A DNA stretch of 64,000 nucleotides from Candidatus Dadabacteria bacterium (GTDB lineage Bacteria > Desulfobacterota_D > UBA1144 > Nemesobacterales > CSP1-2), in assembly GCA_963805855.1 (NCBI GenBank), contig CAWDVW010000005.1:1-64000 (forward strand). The letters are read 5' to 3'. The first letter of the stretch is position 1; each line of letters begins with the position of its first letter. The position numbers and the translations under genes are program-made. Of the stretch, positions 20,738 to 31,273 are shown in pieces. The notes beneath the pieces are model-generated. The model did no database searches, was not told the DNA's origin, and saw only the letters and a program-made list of their open reading frames with translations.

Positions 20738-20750
20738 CTACTATAGGCTC

Positions 20751-21353
20751 CTAATACATAGGAACGTAGCCGGGCTGTGAATAGATTCGCTCGCACCAAT
20801 TCCTCACCGAAGGAAAAGATGAAAGACTTATCCCGCCCTCCTCAGCCTTATCTACGTATGGGAAACAAGCGATATCCGCAATTGAATAACTATTAACGAG
20901 AAATTCGTTCTTCTCAAAGTAATCATTAAGTATCTTTAGAACTAAGTGACCTGACTCCTGGCATCGCTTGAGAATATGGGAATCTCGTAACTCCTCGCCT
21001 GCAAATCTTGTTAAAAACCTTGCCACCGCGAGATTTGGGTCTATGCTAGTTTTATCAAAGATCAACCACTGACTGATTAGCCCGAAAGCACTTATTTCTT
21101 CGGTGTAATAAGGATTTGGCGAATGCTTCTTGGCCAAATATAAGAGAATGGCGTTTGATTCCCACATTACAAAATCTCCGTCTATTATGACGGGAATTTT
21201 TAGATTGGGATTTAATTTTGTAAACTCTTCCGTCTTATTTTCACCTTTAAAGATGTCTACTGTAATCCGTTCATACGGAACACCAAGATGACTTAGTAAC
21301 AATCTTACTTTATAACAGTTTCCTGACAATGGATGGTCATAAAGACTGATCAT
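20751..21353 (-). CDS. Glutathione S-transferase family protein
   Basis: SGNCYKVR, LNPNLKIPV, WESNAILLYL, SIADIA. Confidence 0.92.
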   Translation of the reverse strand: MISLYDHPLSGNCYKVRLLLSHLGVPYERITVDIFKGENKTEEFTKLNPNLKIPVIIDGDFVMWESNAILLYLAKKHSPNPYYTEEISAFGLISQWLIFDKTSIDPNLAVARFLTRFAGEELRDSHILKRCQESGHLVLKILNDYFEKNEFLVNSYSIADIACFPYVDKAEEGGISLSSFPSVRNWCERIYSQPGYVPMY

Positions 21354-21355
21354 TT

Positions 21356-21850
21356 TTAGTCCTCAATATATCTTTGAAACCTCTCTGTGAATCTTTCTTT
21401 ACCCATAATCTTATAAAGCATTTCTCTACGCGGAATAAAATATGTCACTCTACTTCTGGTCGCGAGAGCCTTCTCTCCGCTATAAATATTGACGTTCACC
21501 GTAACCCTTCTATTCCTTATTTCCTCTATCTTTCCCCTAACCTCAAGATCCCCCGGGTTGTCGACTCTTTTGACAAAATCCATTTCGACCCTCATCGTAA
21601 CCCCAATCTTTTTCAGCTTATCAAACATGGCCCAGAACGCTACTTCATCCACGAGAGCACACTGAATACCTCCATGGAGTATTCCCGGAAAACCTGACAG
21701 GTGCTCTTCGAGTCTAAGTCTAGTAAACACTTCCCCCTTCTCGTCATCCGCATAAAACTTCATCCTCAGCCCCAGCTTGTTCCTTGGATCGCAGGCAAAA
21801 CAACCATAACCGGGGAAGTCTAGAAAAATGTTCTCAATTTCTCGGACCAT
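21356..21850 (-). CDS. PaaI-family hotdog thioesterase
   Basis: CFACDPRNKLGL, GFPGILHGGIQCALVDE. Confidence 0.88.
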   Translation of the reverse strand: MVREIENIFLDFPGYGCFACDPRNKLGLRMKFYADDEKGEVFTRLRLEEHLSGFPGILHGGIQCALVDEVAFWAMFDKLKKIGVTMRVEMDFVKRVDNPGDLEVRGKIEEIRNRRVTVNVNIYSGEKALATRSRVTYFIPRREMLYKIMGKERFTERFQRYIED

Positions 21851-21905
21851 TGAAAATTCAACTGTTAAAATGGATTACATGGATTCGGAAGTGCGTCAAA
21901 AAGAA

Positions 21906-24356
21906 TCATTCCATTTCAATATTCTTATCCTCAGGTGGAACCTTTGCAACGGCAGCGACCTGTTCATCCGGCTTGAGGTCAATCAGCCTGAGCCCTTGCG
22001 TACCTCTGCCATAAACGCTTATATCCGAGGCTTTCAACCGAATAATTTTTCCAGCATGTGTGGTTATAAGAATGACTTGAGTATCACCGGTAACCTGAAA
22101 CGCACCTACAACTAGTCCATTTTTACCGGTTGTTTTTATCGTAATAACCCCCTTCCCCCCGCGCCCGGTCATCCGGTATTCAGAAACCGAGGTTCTTTTG
22201 CCATACCCCATCTCGGTCACGGTCAGAATCTGAGAATCCGGATTCTCGATAACCTCAAGGCTTACGACCTCGTCACCCCCATCAAGTCTTATGCCTATGA
22301 CTCCCGTAGCGTTTCTTCCCATATCCCTGACCTTTGTCTCACTAAATCTAATTGCCTGTCCCTTCCGGGTCGTGAGCAGAATTTCGTTGGTTCCGTCGGT
22401 CATCCTAGCACCGATTAATTCATCGCCTTCACGTATATTAATGGCCATTATTCCCCCGGCACGAGGATTGGAATAAGCCATGAGTTTTGTCTTCTTTACT
22501 ATCCCATTCTTCGTAGCCATGAGAAGAAATCTATCCTCCTTAAACTCTCTAACTGGAAGAACCGCGGCTACATTCTCGTTGGGTGAAAGATTTAGCAAAT
22601 TCACCATGGCTTTTCCCCTTGCAGTGGGTCCTGCCTCTGGAATTGAGTGAACTTTAAGCCAGTAACATCTACCAAGGTTAGTAAAAAAAAGAACGTAGTT
22701 GTGGTTTGAAGCAACGAAAACATTCTCAATAAAATCGGTCTCCTTCGTGCTCATCCCAGTTTTACCCTTACCCCCCCTCCTCTGGCTCCTGTAAACACTA
22801 AGCGGCGTATTCTTTATATATCCTTCGTGCGTAATTGTGACGACCATATCCTCGTCGGCGATAAGATCCTCCAAAGAAATCTCTTCCACACTTTCAAGGA
22901 TATCTGTTCTTCTGTCATCAGCGTAGCGATTCTTAATATCGGCGAGTTCATCCGTGATAATATTTAATACCAGCTGGTCACTACCCAGAATCTCTTTCAA
23001 CTCTTTAACGGTCTTTATTAAATCCTTCCTTTCTTCTACGATCTTCTCTCTCTCAAGCGCGGTTAACCTTTGAAGCCTCATTTCAAGAATTGCCTGGGCT
23101 TGGATGTCGGAAAGTTTAAGTCGCGTTACCAAGCCTTCTTTTGCCTCAGAAGGGCTTTGAGATTTTCTTATCAGGCTAATTATCTCATCCAGGTTATCGA
23201 GCGCAATCTTAAGTCCGTCTAGTATATGAAGCCTTTCTTCGGCCTTCCGTAATTCAAACTGAGTTCGCCTAGTTACAACCTCCTTTCTGTGTTCAATAAA
23301 CTGTCCGATTAGGTCTTTTAGGGGCAGTACCTTAGGCTGGTTCTTGACAAGCGCAAGCATTATAATCCCAAACGACGTATCCATGGGAGTATGCTTGTAA
23401 AGCTGATTCAATATTACCTCCGCATTCTCCCCGCGCTTAATCTCAATTACTACCCTGATCCCTTCTCTATCTGATTCATCACGTATGTCTGATATTCCCT
23501 TTATTTTTTCGTCTTTTACCAGCTCAGCTGCGCGTTCTATGAGCTTGGCTTTGTTTACCTGATAAGGGATTTCAGTAACAATAATCAATTCCCTGTCACC
23601 CTTTTTCTGCCTTTCAATAATAGCGCGTGCCCTGACCCTGATAATTCCTCTACCCGTACGGTAAGCTTCCCTGATAGGCTCTCTGCCACATATAAAACCG
23701 CTAGTCGGAAAGTCCGGTCCAGGTATATGTCGCATCAGCTCGTTAAGGGTGATATCAGGCTTCCTTATCTGTGCTACAATAGCGTCAATTAGCTCTCCCA
23801 AGTTATGCGGCGGGATGTTAGTCGACATACCTACAGCGATCCCGGAGGCGCCATTTAGCAATAGGTTCGGTATCTTTGATGGGAGGACAACCGGTTCCAT
23901 TGCTCCACCGTCATAGTTGGGAACAAAATCCACCGTCTCCTTATCCAGATCATCCAGCATTTCGCTAGCGATCCTCGCAAGCCTGACTTCCGTATATCTC
24001 ATCGCCGCCGGTGGATCGCCATCGATCGAGCCAAAATTCCCTTGACCATCGACCAATGGATAGCGCATTGAAAAATCCTGGGCCATCCTAACCAGCGAAT
24101 CATAGATTGCAGCATCCCCATGTGGATGATATTTACCCATCACGTCGCCGACTATTCGTGCTGACTTTTTGTAGGGTCTATTCCAGTGATTTCCCGCCTC
24201 GTGCATCCCGAATAGAATGCGCCTGTGGACTGGCTTAAGACCATCTCTGGCATCCGGAAGCGCGCGCCCGATTATGACGCTCATCGAATAGCTGAGATAC
24301 GATTCCTTCATCTCATCTTCGATGTTTACAGGCAATATCTTTGATGCAATCGTCAC
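21906..24356 (-). CDS. gyrA: DNA gyrase subunit A
   Basis: [15 protein letters not shown], GyrA box QRRGGKG, C-terminal beta-pinwheel repeats. Confidence 0.98.
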   Translation of the reverse strand: MTIASKILPVNIEDEMKESYLSYSMSVIIGRALPDARDGLKPVHRRILFGMHEAGNHWNRPYKKSARIVGDVMGKYHPHGDAAIYDSLVRMAQDFSMRYPLVDGQGNFGSIDGDPPAAMRYTEVRLARIASEMLDDLDKETVDFVPNYDGGAMEPVVLPSKIPNLLLNGASGIAVGMSTNIPPHNLGELIDAIVAQIRKPDITLNELMRHIPGPDFPTSGFICGREPIREAYRTGRGIIRVRARAIIERQKKGDRELIIVTEIPYQVNKAKLIERAAELVKDEKIKGISDIRDESDREGIRVVIEIKRGENAEVILNQLYKHTPMDTSFGIIMLALVKNQPKVLPLKDLIGQFIEHRKEVVTRRTQFELRKAEERLHILDGLKIALDNLDEIISLIRKSQSPSEAKEGLVTRLKLSDIQAQAILEMRLQRLTALEREKIVEERKDLIKTVKELKEILGSDQLVLNIITDELADIKNRYADDRRTDILESVEEISLEDLIADEDMVVTITHEGYIKNTPLSVYRSQRRGGKGKTGMSTKETDFIENVFVASNHNYVLFFTNLGRCYWLKVHSIPEAGPTARGKAMVNLLNLSPNENVAAVLPVREFKEDRFLLMATKNGIVKKTKLMAYSNPRAGGIMAINIREGDELIGARMTDGTNEILLTTRKGQAIRFSETKVRDMGRNATGVIGIRLDGGDEVVSLEVIENPDSQILTVTEMGYGKRTSVSEYRMTGRGGKGVITIKTTGKNGLVVGAFQVTGDTQVILITTHAGKIIRLKASDISVYGRGTQGLRLIDLKPDEQVAAVAKVPPEDKNIEME

Positions 24357-24524
24357 TTATAACCCTCCTAAATCTTTACGAAAACGTCTATAAAGGATAT
24401 ATTACTGTTTGCATGGTGTCAAAGAAGATCGGACATGAATCGCAAAATTTAATCACTAGTCCCTTGCCTTCCTATTTCGCCGGACATCACTATGCCAAAT
24501 CACCTGGATCTTGCCTAAACGACA

Positions 24525-25334
24525 ATGATTGATATTCATGTACATTTCTTCCCTCCCGCAATATTTCAAGCAATATGGAGATACTTTGAAACCCCGGGTC
24601 ATGGATTATGGAAGGTTAAATACAAAATGCATGGCAAGAAGCTCGTTAATGCGCTTAACGCTCAGGGAGTTAAGCGTATTACCACGCTCATATATGCCCA
24701 TAAATCTGGTCTCGCCGAGTATCTAAACAACTTTGTATATGAATCTGCTCGTCTATACCCTGAACTTATCCCTTTCGGAACCGTTTTCGCCGGAGATGGC
24801 AGGTGTGGAAAGGTAGCAAAGACTATTTTCGAAGACCATGAGTTCTTTGGGATAAAATTGCATCCCTTCGTCTCAAACGAAGAAGTGGATGATATGCGCT
24901 TTTTCCCTGTCTATGAAATAATGCAGGGCCTAGGGAAAGTACTTGTCTGCCATACTGGATCCGTACCGGTTTATAAACGCCGAGACGGCGCTACGAGGAT
25001 GAGAAAAGTATTGGATCAATTCCCTAAGCTGAAAGTCGTAATTGCCCACTGTGGTGCTTACGAATATGGAGATTATCATTCGCTCGTGAAAGATTTCGAA
25101 TTCGTTTATTTTGATACGGCTATGAATTGCGTTCACAATAATGTTTTTTCTAATAATTGCCCTGGCCGGGGATTTTTCATCGAACACCAGGATAGGATAC
25201 TATTCGGCTCAGACTTCCCGAATATACCGTACGAGTATTCATACCAGATAGATGCTATTAAAAGATTAAATCTTGGTGAATCCGTAGAAACAAAAATATT
25301 CAACGATAACGCAGTCAAGTTGCTTGATTTATAA
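24525..25334 (+). CDS. Amidohydrolase_2 family protein
   Basis: IDIHVH, GIKLHP, CHTG, IAHCG, LFGSDFP. Confidence 0.88.
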   Translation: MIDIHVHFFPPAIFQAIWRYFETPGHGLWKVKYKMHGKKLVNALNAQGVKRITTLIYAHKSGLAEYLNNFVYESARLYPELIPFGTVFAGDGRCGKVAKTIFEDHEFFGIKLHPFVSNEEVDDMRFFPVYEIMQGLGKVLVCHTGSVPVYKRRDGATRMRKVLDQFPKLKVVIAHCGAYEYGDYHSLVKDFEFVYFDTAMNCVHNNVFSNNCPGRGFFIEHQDRILFGSDFPNIPYEYSYQIDAIKRLNLGESVETKIFNDNAVKLLDL

Positions 25335-25500
25335 GAATATCGATTACTAATCCATCAAGCAGTACAAGCTGTTTACCCTAACTGTGTGATGTCCGAACGT
25401 ATTTATCGGGCATCCATGCGCCTGGTCCAGATTCCCGCCCCAAAAAATAGGGGACTAGCAAGCCCCTAAATTTCATATTATGCTGGCTTTTCCGAAGTCT

Positions 25501-26583
25501 TTACGACCAAATTCCTGGAATGTTTGCCGAACAGCCTGGACACTTACCGTCAGTGGAAATTTGATAGTTTAAGATATTATATCCGTATCGTTCAATCAAT
25601 AAACTATCGCAATTCGGGCAGTAGGTATTCTCGTAATTTTTTACTCTGCCGGGGAGGTTCCCGGCGTATACGAACTTGAGACCGGCTTCATAACCTATTT
25701 TCGCGGCGCGTATCAAGGTCGAAGCCGGAGTATTATCAGGGTCCGTCATCTTATAATCCCTGTGAAATGCTGTCACATGCCATGGAATATCCGGCGACAC
25801 AGAGGCGAGAAACTTCGCCGCTTCATTTAATTCGTCATCTGAGTCGTTGAATCCGGGAACCACTAATGTTACTATCTCAACCCAATAGCCCATGTCATAC
25901 AGGCGTGAAATTGTCTCAAGAACGTTGCTTAGAAGTCCGCCAAGCTTCCTATAGTTCTTATCCTGCATGGACTTTAAATCGACCTTATAGCAGTCAGTAA
26001 TTGGCCTAAGATATTCCAATACCTCCTTGGTCGCATTGCCATTTGAAATGAATGCGGTTCTGAATCCCTCTTTCCTTGCTATTTTAAATACATCGGCCGA
26101 CCATTCGGCTGTGATAAGCGGCTCATTATAGGAGCTACCAATTAATCTCGCATCATATCCTTTCGCAAGAGAAACCAACTGCTCTGCCCTCGCTTTCATC
26201 GGCTCTATTCCAGCCGCAGGATCTCTCAATGCCTGGGATGTCAGCCAGTTCTGGCAATAACCACAGTGGTAATCACATCCCAACATGCCAAATGTCAATG
26301 TGGAAGAACCCGGAAGCACATGAAAGAAGGGCTTTTTCTCCGTAGGGTCACACTGGAGAGCAGCTACGTACCCTTTGGGAACATAGAGCCTTCCTCCTTC
26401 ATTATATCTAACCTTGCAAATACCTCTCAGGCCGTCGGATATCAAACATCTGTGACCACACGAATAACAGAGAACCTTATTGTCCTCAAATTTCTCATAT
26501 AGTTCACCTTCAGAAGAGTACTCATCCAGCAATTCAGCGAGAGAGGTTTTTGCGATGGATTTGTGTCTTTTGCTTTCTGGCAT
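25501..26583 (-). CDS. amrS: AmmeMemoRadiSam-system radical SAM enzyme
   Basis: CYSCGHRC, DPTEKKPFFH, GCDYHCGYCQNW (CxxxCxxC), YNEP, TYCPNC. Start placed at ATG 26583. Confidence 0.88.
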   Translation of the reverse strand: MPESKRHKSIAKTSLAELLDEYSSEGELYEKFEDNKVLCYSCGHRCLISDGLRGICKVRYNEGGRLYVPKGYVAALQCDPTEKKPFFHVLPGSSTLTFGMLGCDYHCGYCQNWLTSQALRDPAAGIEPMKARAEQLVSLAKGYDARLIGSSYNEPLITAEWSADVFKIARKEGFRTAFISNGNATKEVLEYLRPITDCYKVDLKSMQDKNYRKLGGLLSNVLETISRLYDMGYWVEIVTLVVPGFNDSDDELNEAAKFLASVSPDIPWHVTAFHRDYKMTDPDNTPASTLIRAAKIGYEAGLKFVYAGNLPGRVKNYENTYCPNCDSLLIERYGYNILNYQISTDGKCPGCSANIPGIWS

Positions 26584-26719
26584 GCCGCACACCCCTAATA
26601 CTGTATATTTTATAGGAGATAGATGAATGTACAAATTTTGGGAAGATAAGTTTTTAGAGGTGAAATGTGCCTAATATTCTTGATTTTGGTATCCTAGGAT
26701 TGGCATAAAGATATTATTC

Positions 26720-26747
26720 GTAGAGACGCAAAATTTTGCGTCTCTAC
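26720..26747. repeat. Perfect 28-bp GTAG-type REP-like palindrome
   Basis: GTAGAGACGCAAAATTTTGCGTCTCTAC. Confidence 0.8.
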
Positions 26748-26811
26748 TACCAGCCACCCCACTATTTACCGTCAGGTGCCTATCCTGTTAATCGAAGTGC
26801 TCGCAGTTACA

Positions 26812-27201
26812 TCAATACTCTTCCGAGAGGTGCTTTAAGCTTGCCGCATTTTCCTCCCAGTTCTTCCCATCGAATGGCTCTATGATTACTTTTTTTATAC
26901 CGGATTGATCAAGGCATCTCACATTCACGCTATAACCGTCCGGATTAGACCTTGGGACATAGAATGGTTTAATGCCACAGGTTTTACAAAAGGTATGTTT
27001 CGCAACCCATGTATTAAAGGCATAGGTGGTTAAGGAATCCTCACCTTTTAACATCTTAAATCTTGACCTCGGGACAATTAAGTGTAAATAACCCGTCATG
27101 CTGCAAATAGAACAGTTGCATTCTTGAGCATGTATCTCTTCAGGGGCCTCAACTTCGAATTGCACTGCGCCGCAATGACAGCTACCTTTATGTAGTTTCA
27201 T
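26812..27201 (-). CDS. GFA/CENP-V family zinc protein
   Basis: GSCHCGAV, CNCSIC, FCKTCG, SVNVRCL. Confidence 0.92.
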   Translation of the reverse strand: MKLHKGSCHCGAVQFEVEAPEEIHAQECNCSICSMTGYLHLIVPRSRFKMLKGEDSLTTYAFNTWVAKHTFCKTCGIKPFYVPRSNPDGYSVNVRCLDQSGIKKVIIEPFDGKNWEENAASLKHLSEEY

Positions 27202-27252
27202 ATTCTTGTAGTTTAATGTAATCTGATCTCATGACAACGTAAAGGATCTCTC

Positions 27253-27915
27253 GTGAACACCGGTAATCTTATTTTCCTTATATCAATTGTTTCAATCCAG
27301 CTCATTCTACATGGTTGCGTGCGTACCGGGAAAACTATCAATCGAGATGCTAAAAATCCTCCAAATATGACAATCCATGAGGAAACAAAGCCGATTCAGA
27401 TAGAACCCATCGCTCTAGAACTTTCAGAGGGACATAAGCTAGGGAGAATCGAAATGGGCGTCTTGTGCATTCCAATGACTGATCTAAAAACAATTGGGGG
27501 CAAGGCCCAGGTTTCAGAAAATGATTTCACGGAAATAGTTAGGACCGTCCTTGAGGATGCAGAATATAATATCGCCGAAAATTCTTCAGTTAATTCACAA
27601 AGGTCCCTACATGACGATGAGTTAATTTTAAGAGGGACAGTCAAGGATTTTAAAGCAAACGCCTGTTTTCCAAAGAGCGGTTTTAGAAGTTGGAAAATAA
27701 GCAAGGGCGAATCAAGCGTAAAAATAAATTGGCAGATCTATTCTAAAAAGAGTGATAGAATACTTTTCGAAACGATCACCGAAGGATCTGAAAAGTCGTC
27801 AGAAGCTACAGGATATGGTATCACTAAAGTAATATTAGGTTCGGTTGCAGATGCTACGCAAAATTTGATAGCCGACAAGCAATTTAATATCGTAGTAACA
27901 AACTCAATCAACTGA
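27253..27915 (+). CDS. Putative lipoprotein
   Basis: Hydrophobic N-terminus ending LHGC; no family recognised. Confidence 0.6.
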   Translation: MNTGNLIFLISIVSIQLILHGCVRTGKTINRDAKNPPNMTIHEETKPIQIEPIALELSEGHKLGRIEMGVLCIPMTDLKTIGGKAQVSENDFTEIVRTVLEDAEYNIAENSSVNSQRSLHDDELILRGTVKDFKANACFPKSGFRSWKISKGESSVKINWQIYSKKSDRILFETITEGSEKSSEATGYGITKVILGSVADATQNLIADKQFNIVVTNSIN

Positions 27916-27937
27916 TTGGCTTATTATCCAAGGAGAG

Positions 27938-28795
27938 ATGTTAAAACCTAATAGTCTATTCTTTTCCGTCATTATCCCCACCTATAATCGCCGACACCTC
28001 TTCGACATCGCGCTGAAATCCGTGCTAAACCAAACGTACAAGGACTTCGAGGTCATTGTAGTGGATGACGGATCAACTGATCAGACAAACGAAGTGATCA
28101 ATAACTTCAATGACGCCAGAATCAAATACCTATATCAAGAAAATCATGGCGTTTCCCATGCCCGGAATCGTGGCCTTGAAATCTCCAGAGGCAAATTTAT
28201 CGCATTCCTCGACTCCGACGACAGATGGGTCCCCCAGAAACTCCGGATGGCAAAAGAACTAATCGATCGATACCCTGATATTTATATTTTTCACACGGAC
28301 GAAATTTGGTATAAGGAGGGAAGGTTACTTAATCAAAAGAAAAAACATAAAAAACCGTCTGGCTATGCCTACCTGAAGGCATTGCCGCTATGTTGCATCG
28401 GTATGTCAACTGCAGTTGTCAAGAGAGAGCTCTTTGAAAAAATTGGTTTATTTGACGAAAGCCTGCCAGCATGCGAAGACTACGATTTCTGGTTGAGGGC
28501 AACTCACTCATTTGAGGTAAAGCTTATCGATGAAAAATTAACGGTTAAAGACGGTGGGAAAACAGATCAATTATCTTCGCAATGGGGGCTCGATAAACAC
28601 AGGATAAAGGCATTGGAGAAGATGTTATACAGTAACAGTTTGAATGAAAAAGAATATAAGTGCACCCTCGGAGAACTGGTGAAAAAGTGTCAGATTTACG
28701 CGTCAGGAGCGGGAAAAAGGGGACGTCTGAAGGAGGCGAACCTTTATAATGAACTCGTAAGGAAGTATCTCGCCCGAAATGAAGGCCAACATTAG
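27938..28795 (+). CDS. Glycosyltransferase family 2
   Basis: SVIIPTYNR, VVDDGSTD, FLDSDD, EDYDFWLR. Confidence 0.93.
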   Translation: MLKPNSLFFSVIIPTYNRRHLFDIALKSVLNQTYKDFEVIVVDDGSTDQTNEVINNFNDARIKYLYQENHGVSHARNRGLEISRGKFIAFLDSDDRWVPQKLRMAKELIDRYPDIYIFHTDEIWYKEGRLLNQKKKHKKPSGYAYLKALPLCCIGMSTAVVKRELFEKIGLFDESLPACEDYDFWLRATHSFEVKLIDEKLTVKDGGKTDQLSSQWGLDKHRIKALEKMLYSNSLNEKEYKCTLGELVKKCQIYASGAGKRGRLKEANLYNELVRKYLARNEGQH

Positions 28796-28886
28796 CATAA
28801 TAACGGTGTTCGGTTTTGCAGTGAGTAAGGCGTATAATTCCGCAAAATATGTGGCTTATCAATCTCCATAAAGCGATAAGTTTCGA

Positions 28887-29540
28887 TTGAAGCTTCGAAG
28901 TTTATTTATGTATCAGCAACTTCTTTACTCAAACATTGCAAGATTTTATGATCTATTTTTGCACATGAATAATTACAAAAGGGCTGTGGATTACTTTCTA
29001 AGGCAAATTCCGTTTGATGATAATCCAACGATTAAGCTAATGGATGTTGGTGCGGGGACAGGACTCTACACGATCGCAATCTTGGAGAGGCTTCCCCACT
29101 GCAATATGACAGCGATTGACATAAATGAAAACATGCTCAGGAGATTAAGATCAAACCTGGCAAACCGATCGTTGACGAACTCGGTCAAAACAATTCTCTC
29201 CGATGCGAGTTATCCAATACCGGAAATCGAAGGTGAAGAATATGACCTGATTGTAGCCAGTGGATTACTGGAGCATGTTGATACAGACCTTACGGTCAAA
29301 AATCTATCCAGTTATCTCAGGCTCAATGGCCTATTCTTTAATTCACCTGTTAAGAATAACTTCTGGGGTAGGGTTGTCGGTTTGACCATGGGTTTTAAGC
29401 CTTATGAAGACACCGTGAACATAAAATCTTTTACCGACAATGGTTTTGCCCATTTAAAAAAGATGACTTTGCCAATTAAATATTTTCCAATCAGTTGGGT
29501 AAAGGAAGGGGATCTATTCAAAAAAGTTCGACAAATCTAA
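28887..29540 (+). CDS. Class I SAM-dependent methyltransferase
   Basis: MDVGAGTG, AIDINENML, YDLIVASGLLEH. The start may be ATG 28908. Confidence 0.85.
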   Translation: MKLRSLFMYQQLLYSNIARFYDLFLHMNNYKRAVDYFLRQIPFDDNPTIKLMDVGAGTGLYTIAILERLPHCNMTAIDINENMLRRLRSNLANRSLTNSVKTILSDASYPIPEIEGEEYDLIVASGLLEHVDTDLTVKNLSSYLRLNGLFFNSPVKNNFWGRVVGLTMGFKPYEDTVNIKSFTDNGFAHLKKMTLPIKYFPISWVKEGDLFKKVRQI

Positions 29541-29588
29541 AATAGGATTAGAATTAATAAACATTCTGCGCCTTACTCCTGATAGAAG

Positions 29589-30926
29589 TTGTTCAGAAAG
29601 ATGACTGATCATCCAAATCACCATGAAAGTTTTAATACGGATGTCATTCCCGAAAAATGTGTCCTATTCAGGAAGCTCATCGAAATTAAAGACGAAAGAA
29701 ATGATCACACAAAGCGCGCAGGAAGTGAAAATGGAAGGAAGGCACGTGAGGTTATTTTTAGTGCAGTTGAGTCTTCCACGATTCTTTCAAGAAATGTCCA
29801 AATATATTTAGAAAAGTTTGAGTTTGATTCGATCAAGCCGATCCAGGAAAAGGCCAGGATAATTTTCGACAATCAAGAAATGTCGGGAGTACATCTGTAT
29901 GACAACACAGGCTATAGGGAGGGGAATTCTCATAAAGTATTGAGTACACGACCGAAAAAATTGTTGTACGTGAAAAAGAGATTAAACATTTTCGATAGGA
30001 GAAAGGCAAAAGATAAAATTGTTGTATTCGATTTGGCGACAATTTCTCCACATCGCACCGAGCAAGTTCGCTCGGCGCTAGAGGCAGGAGCAGCCGGCGT
30101 AATACTCGTGGCTCAGGGAAATTTAGAAAAAACTGGTATGGGTTACCCCTATGCAGGCTTCGTATGTAAAGAACTTCCTGATATAGGAAATTTCAAGCAT
30201 TGCAATATCCCGGTTACAGGAATACTACGTGACCAGTGGAATGAAATCTCTAGAAACAAAATTGAAGAAGTAACAATACAATACGGCTTCAGGCAAGAAA
30301 CGCTGATAGGAACAAACATTATCGTAGACATAACCAGAAAATACAACGATAAAGCCCACGAGGGAATAATCGTGTTAGGCGCGCATTACGATAGCTGGGA
30401 CATCGGCGCCCAAGATAATTGTATATCAGTTCAAGCCCTGTTTTCTGTCCTAGAGGATTTATATAAGGACAAAAATAGCGTTCCCAATCACCGAATAAGG
30501 GCGATATTCTGGGATGCCGAAGAGCTGGGGTTGCTGGGTTCGCTTTTCCACATCTCAAATAGAGAAATCCAAAATCGTGTCCATGACTACAAATTTTATT
30601 TCAATTTTGAGATGTGCTTACCGACTAATCTCAAATTCTTTAATAACTTCCTGCTCTACAATTACTTAAAGCCGGAACCATTCTCGCATTTCAATCGCAT
30701 CCATTTTGACTATTTTAACCTAATTGCCCATTTTCTGGGGTCCAGCGGATTCCCTTCAGACGTCGAGGTCTTCTTGAAAAAGAATATTTTCTCAGCTACC
30801 ACCGCATGTCTGAACGAATTTTATCATACGAAGCTCGACGACGGTCACAATATAGAGTGGAAGCTCTACGAGAAGGTGGTGGCATGGATAACTAATTACA
30901 TAAAGAGAATTGATGCCTCGTTATAG
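29589..30926 (+). CDS. M28-family peptidase with PA-like insert
   Basis: GAHYDS, GAQDN, DAEELGLLGS, YHTKLD; PA-like ALEAGAAGVIL. Start is uncertain. Confidence 0.8.
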   Translation: MFRKMTDHPNHHESFNTDVIPEKCVLFRKLIEIKDERNDHTKRAGSENGRKAREVIFSAVESSTILSRNVQIYLEKFEFDSIKPIQEKARIIFDNQEMSGVHLYDNTGYREGNSHKVLSTRPKKLLYVKKRLNIFDRRKAKDKIVVFDLATISPHRTEQVRSALEAGAAGVILVAQGNLEKTGMGYPYAGFVCKELPDIGNFKHCNIPVTGILRDQWNEISRNKIEEVTIQYGFRQETLIGTNIIVDITRKYNDKAHEGIIVLGAHYDSWDIGAQDNCISVQALFSVLEDLYKDKNSVPNHRIRAIFWDAEELGLLGSLFHISNREIQNRVHDYKFYFNFEMCLPTNLKFFNNFLLYNYLKPEPFSHFNRIHFDYFNLIAHFLGSSGFPSDVEVFLKKNIFSATTACLNEFYHTKLDDGHNIEWKLYEKVVAWITNYIKRIDASL

Positions 30927-31141
30927 AGCGATAGCAAAAAAGAATTTCATCTCTTTCATTAAAATCAACTCCGTGCAACAGGCTGCAGGATATTTCAAAT
31001 CAAGAATAGTTGCGTAGTCTATTTGGGGTGAAATGATGAAGCGATCCCCTGAGACAAGATTGGGTCGCTTGGCTGAGGTAACGACACATCGGTAACCCTC
31101 TAGCAAGCTAGGGGGGAGTTCACTGGGTAATACTATTTAAC

Positions 31142-31171
31142 TTGACTATGGTGGGAATATTGAGTTAAAAT
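31142..31171 (+). promoter_or_regulatory. Putative sigma70 promoter of the reductase gene
   Basis: TTGACT-N18-TAAAAT about 100 bp upstream of the ATG. Confidence 0.4.
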
Positions 31172-31273
31172 GGTACCCCGATGGGTAATTAAAGTTTCTG
31201 GTCAGTATCAAAGCGATATCATATAAAACAGTAAGTTATAATGATAGAGTGAATACTTGAGGTTATCCAAGAA

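Noticed and set aside
20430-20746. ORFs 20430-20633 and 20540-20746
   Set aside because: They are translations of tRNA-Gly and the heptamer repeats.
19251-24356. gyrA without gyrB and proB without proA
   Set aside because: Separation of these pairs is common and not informative.
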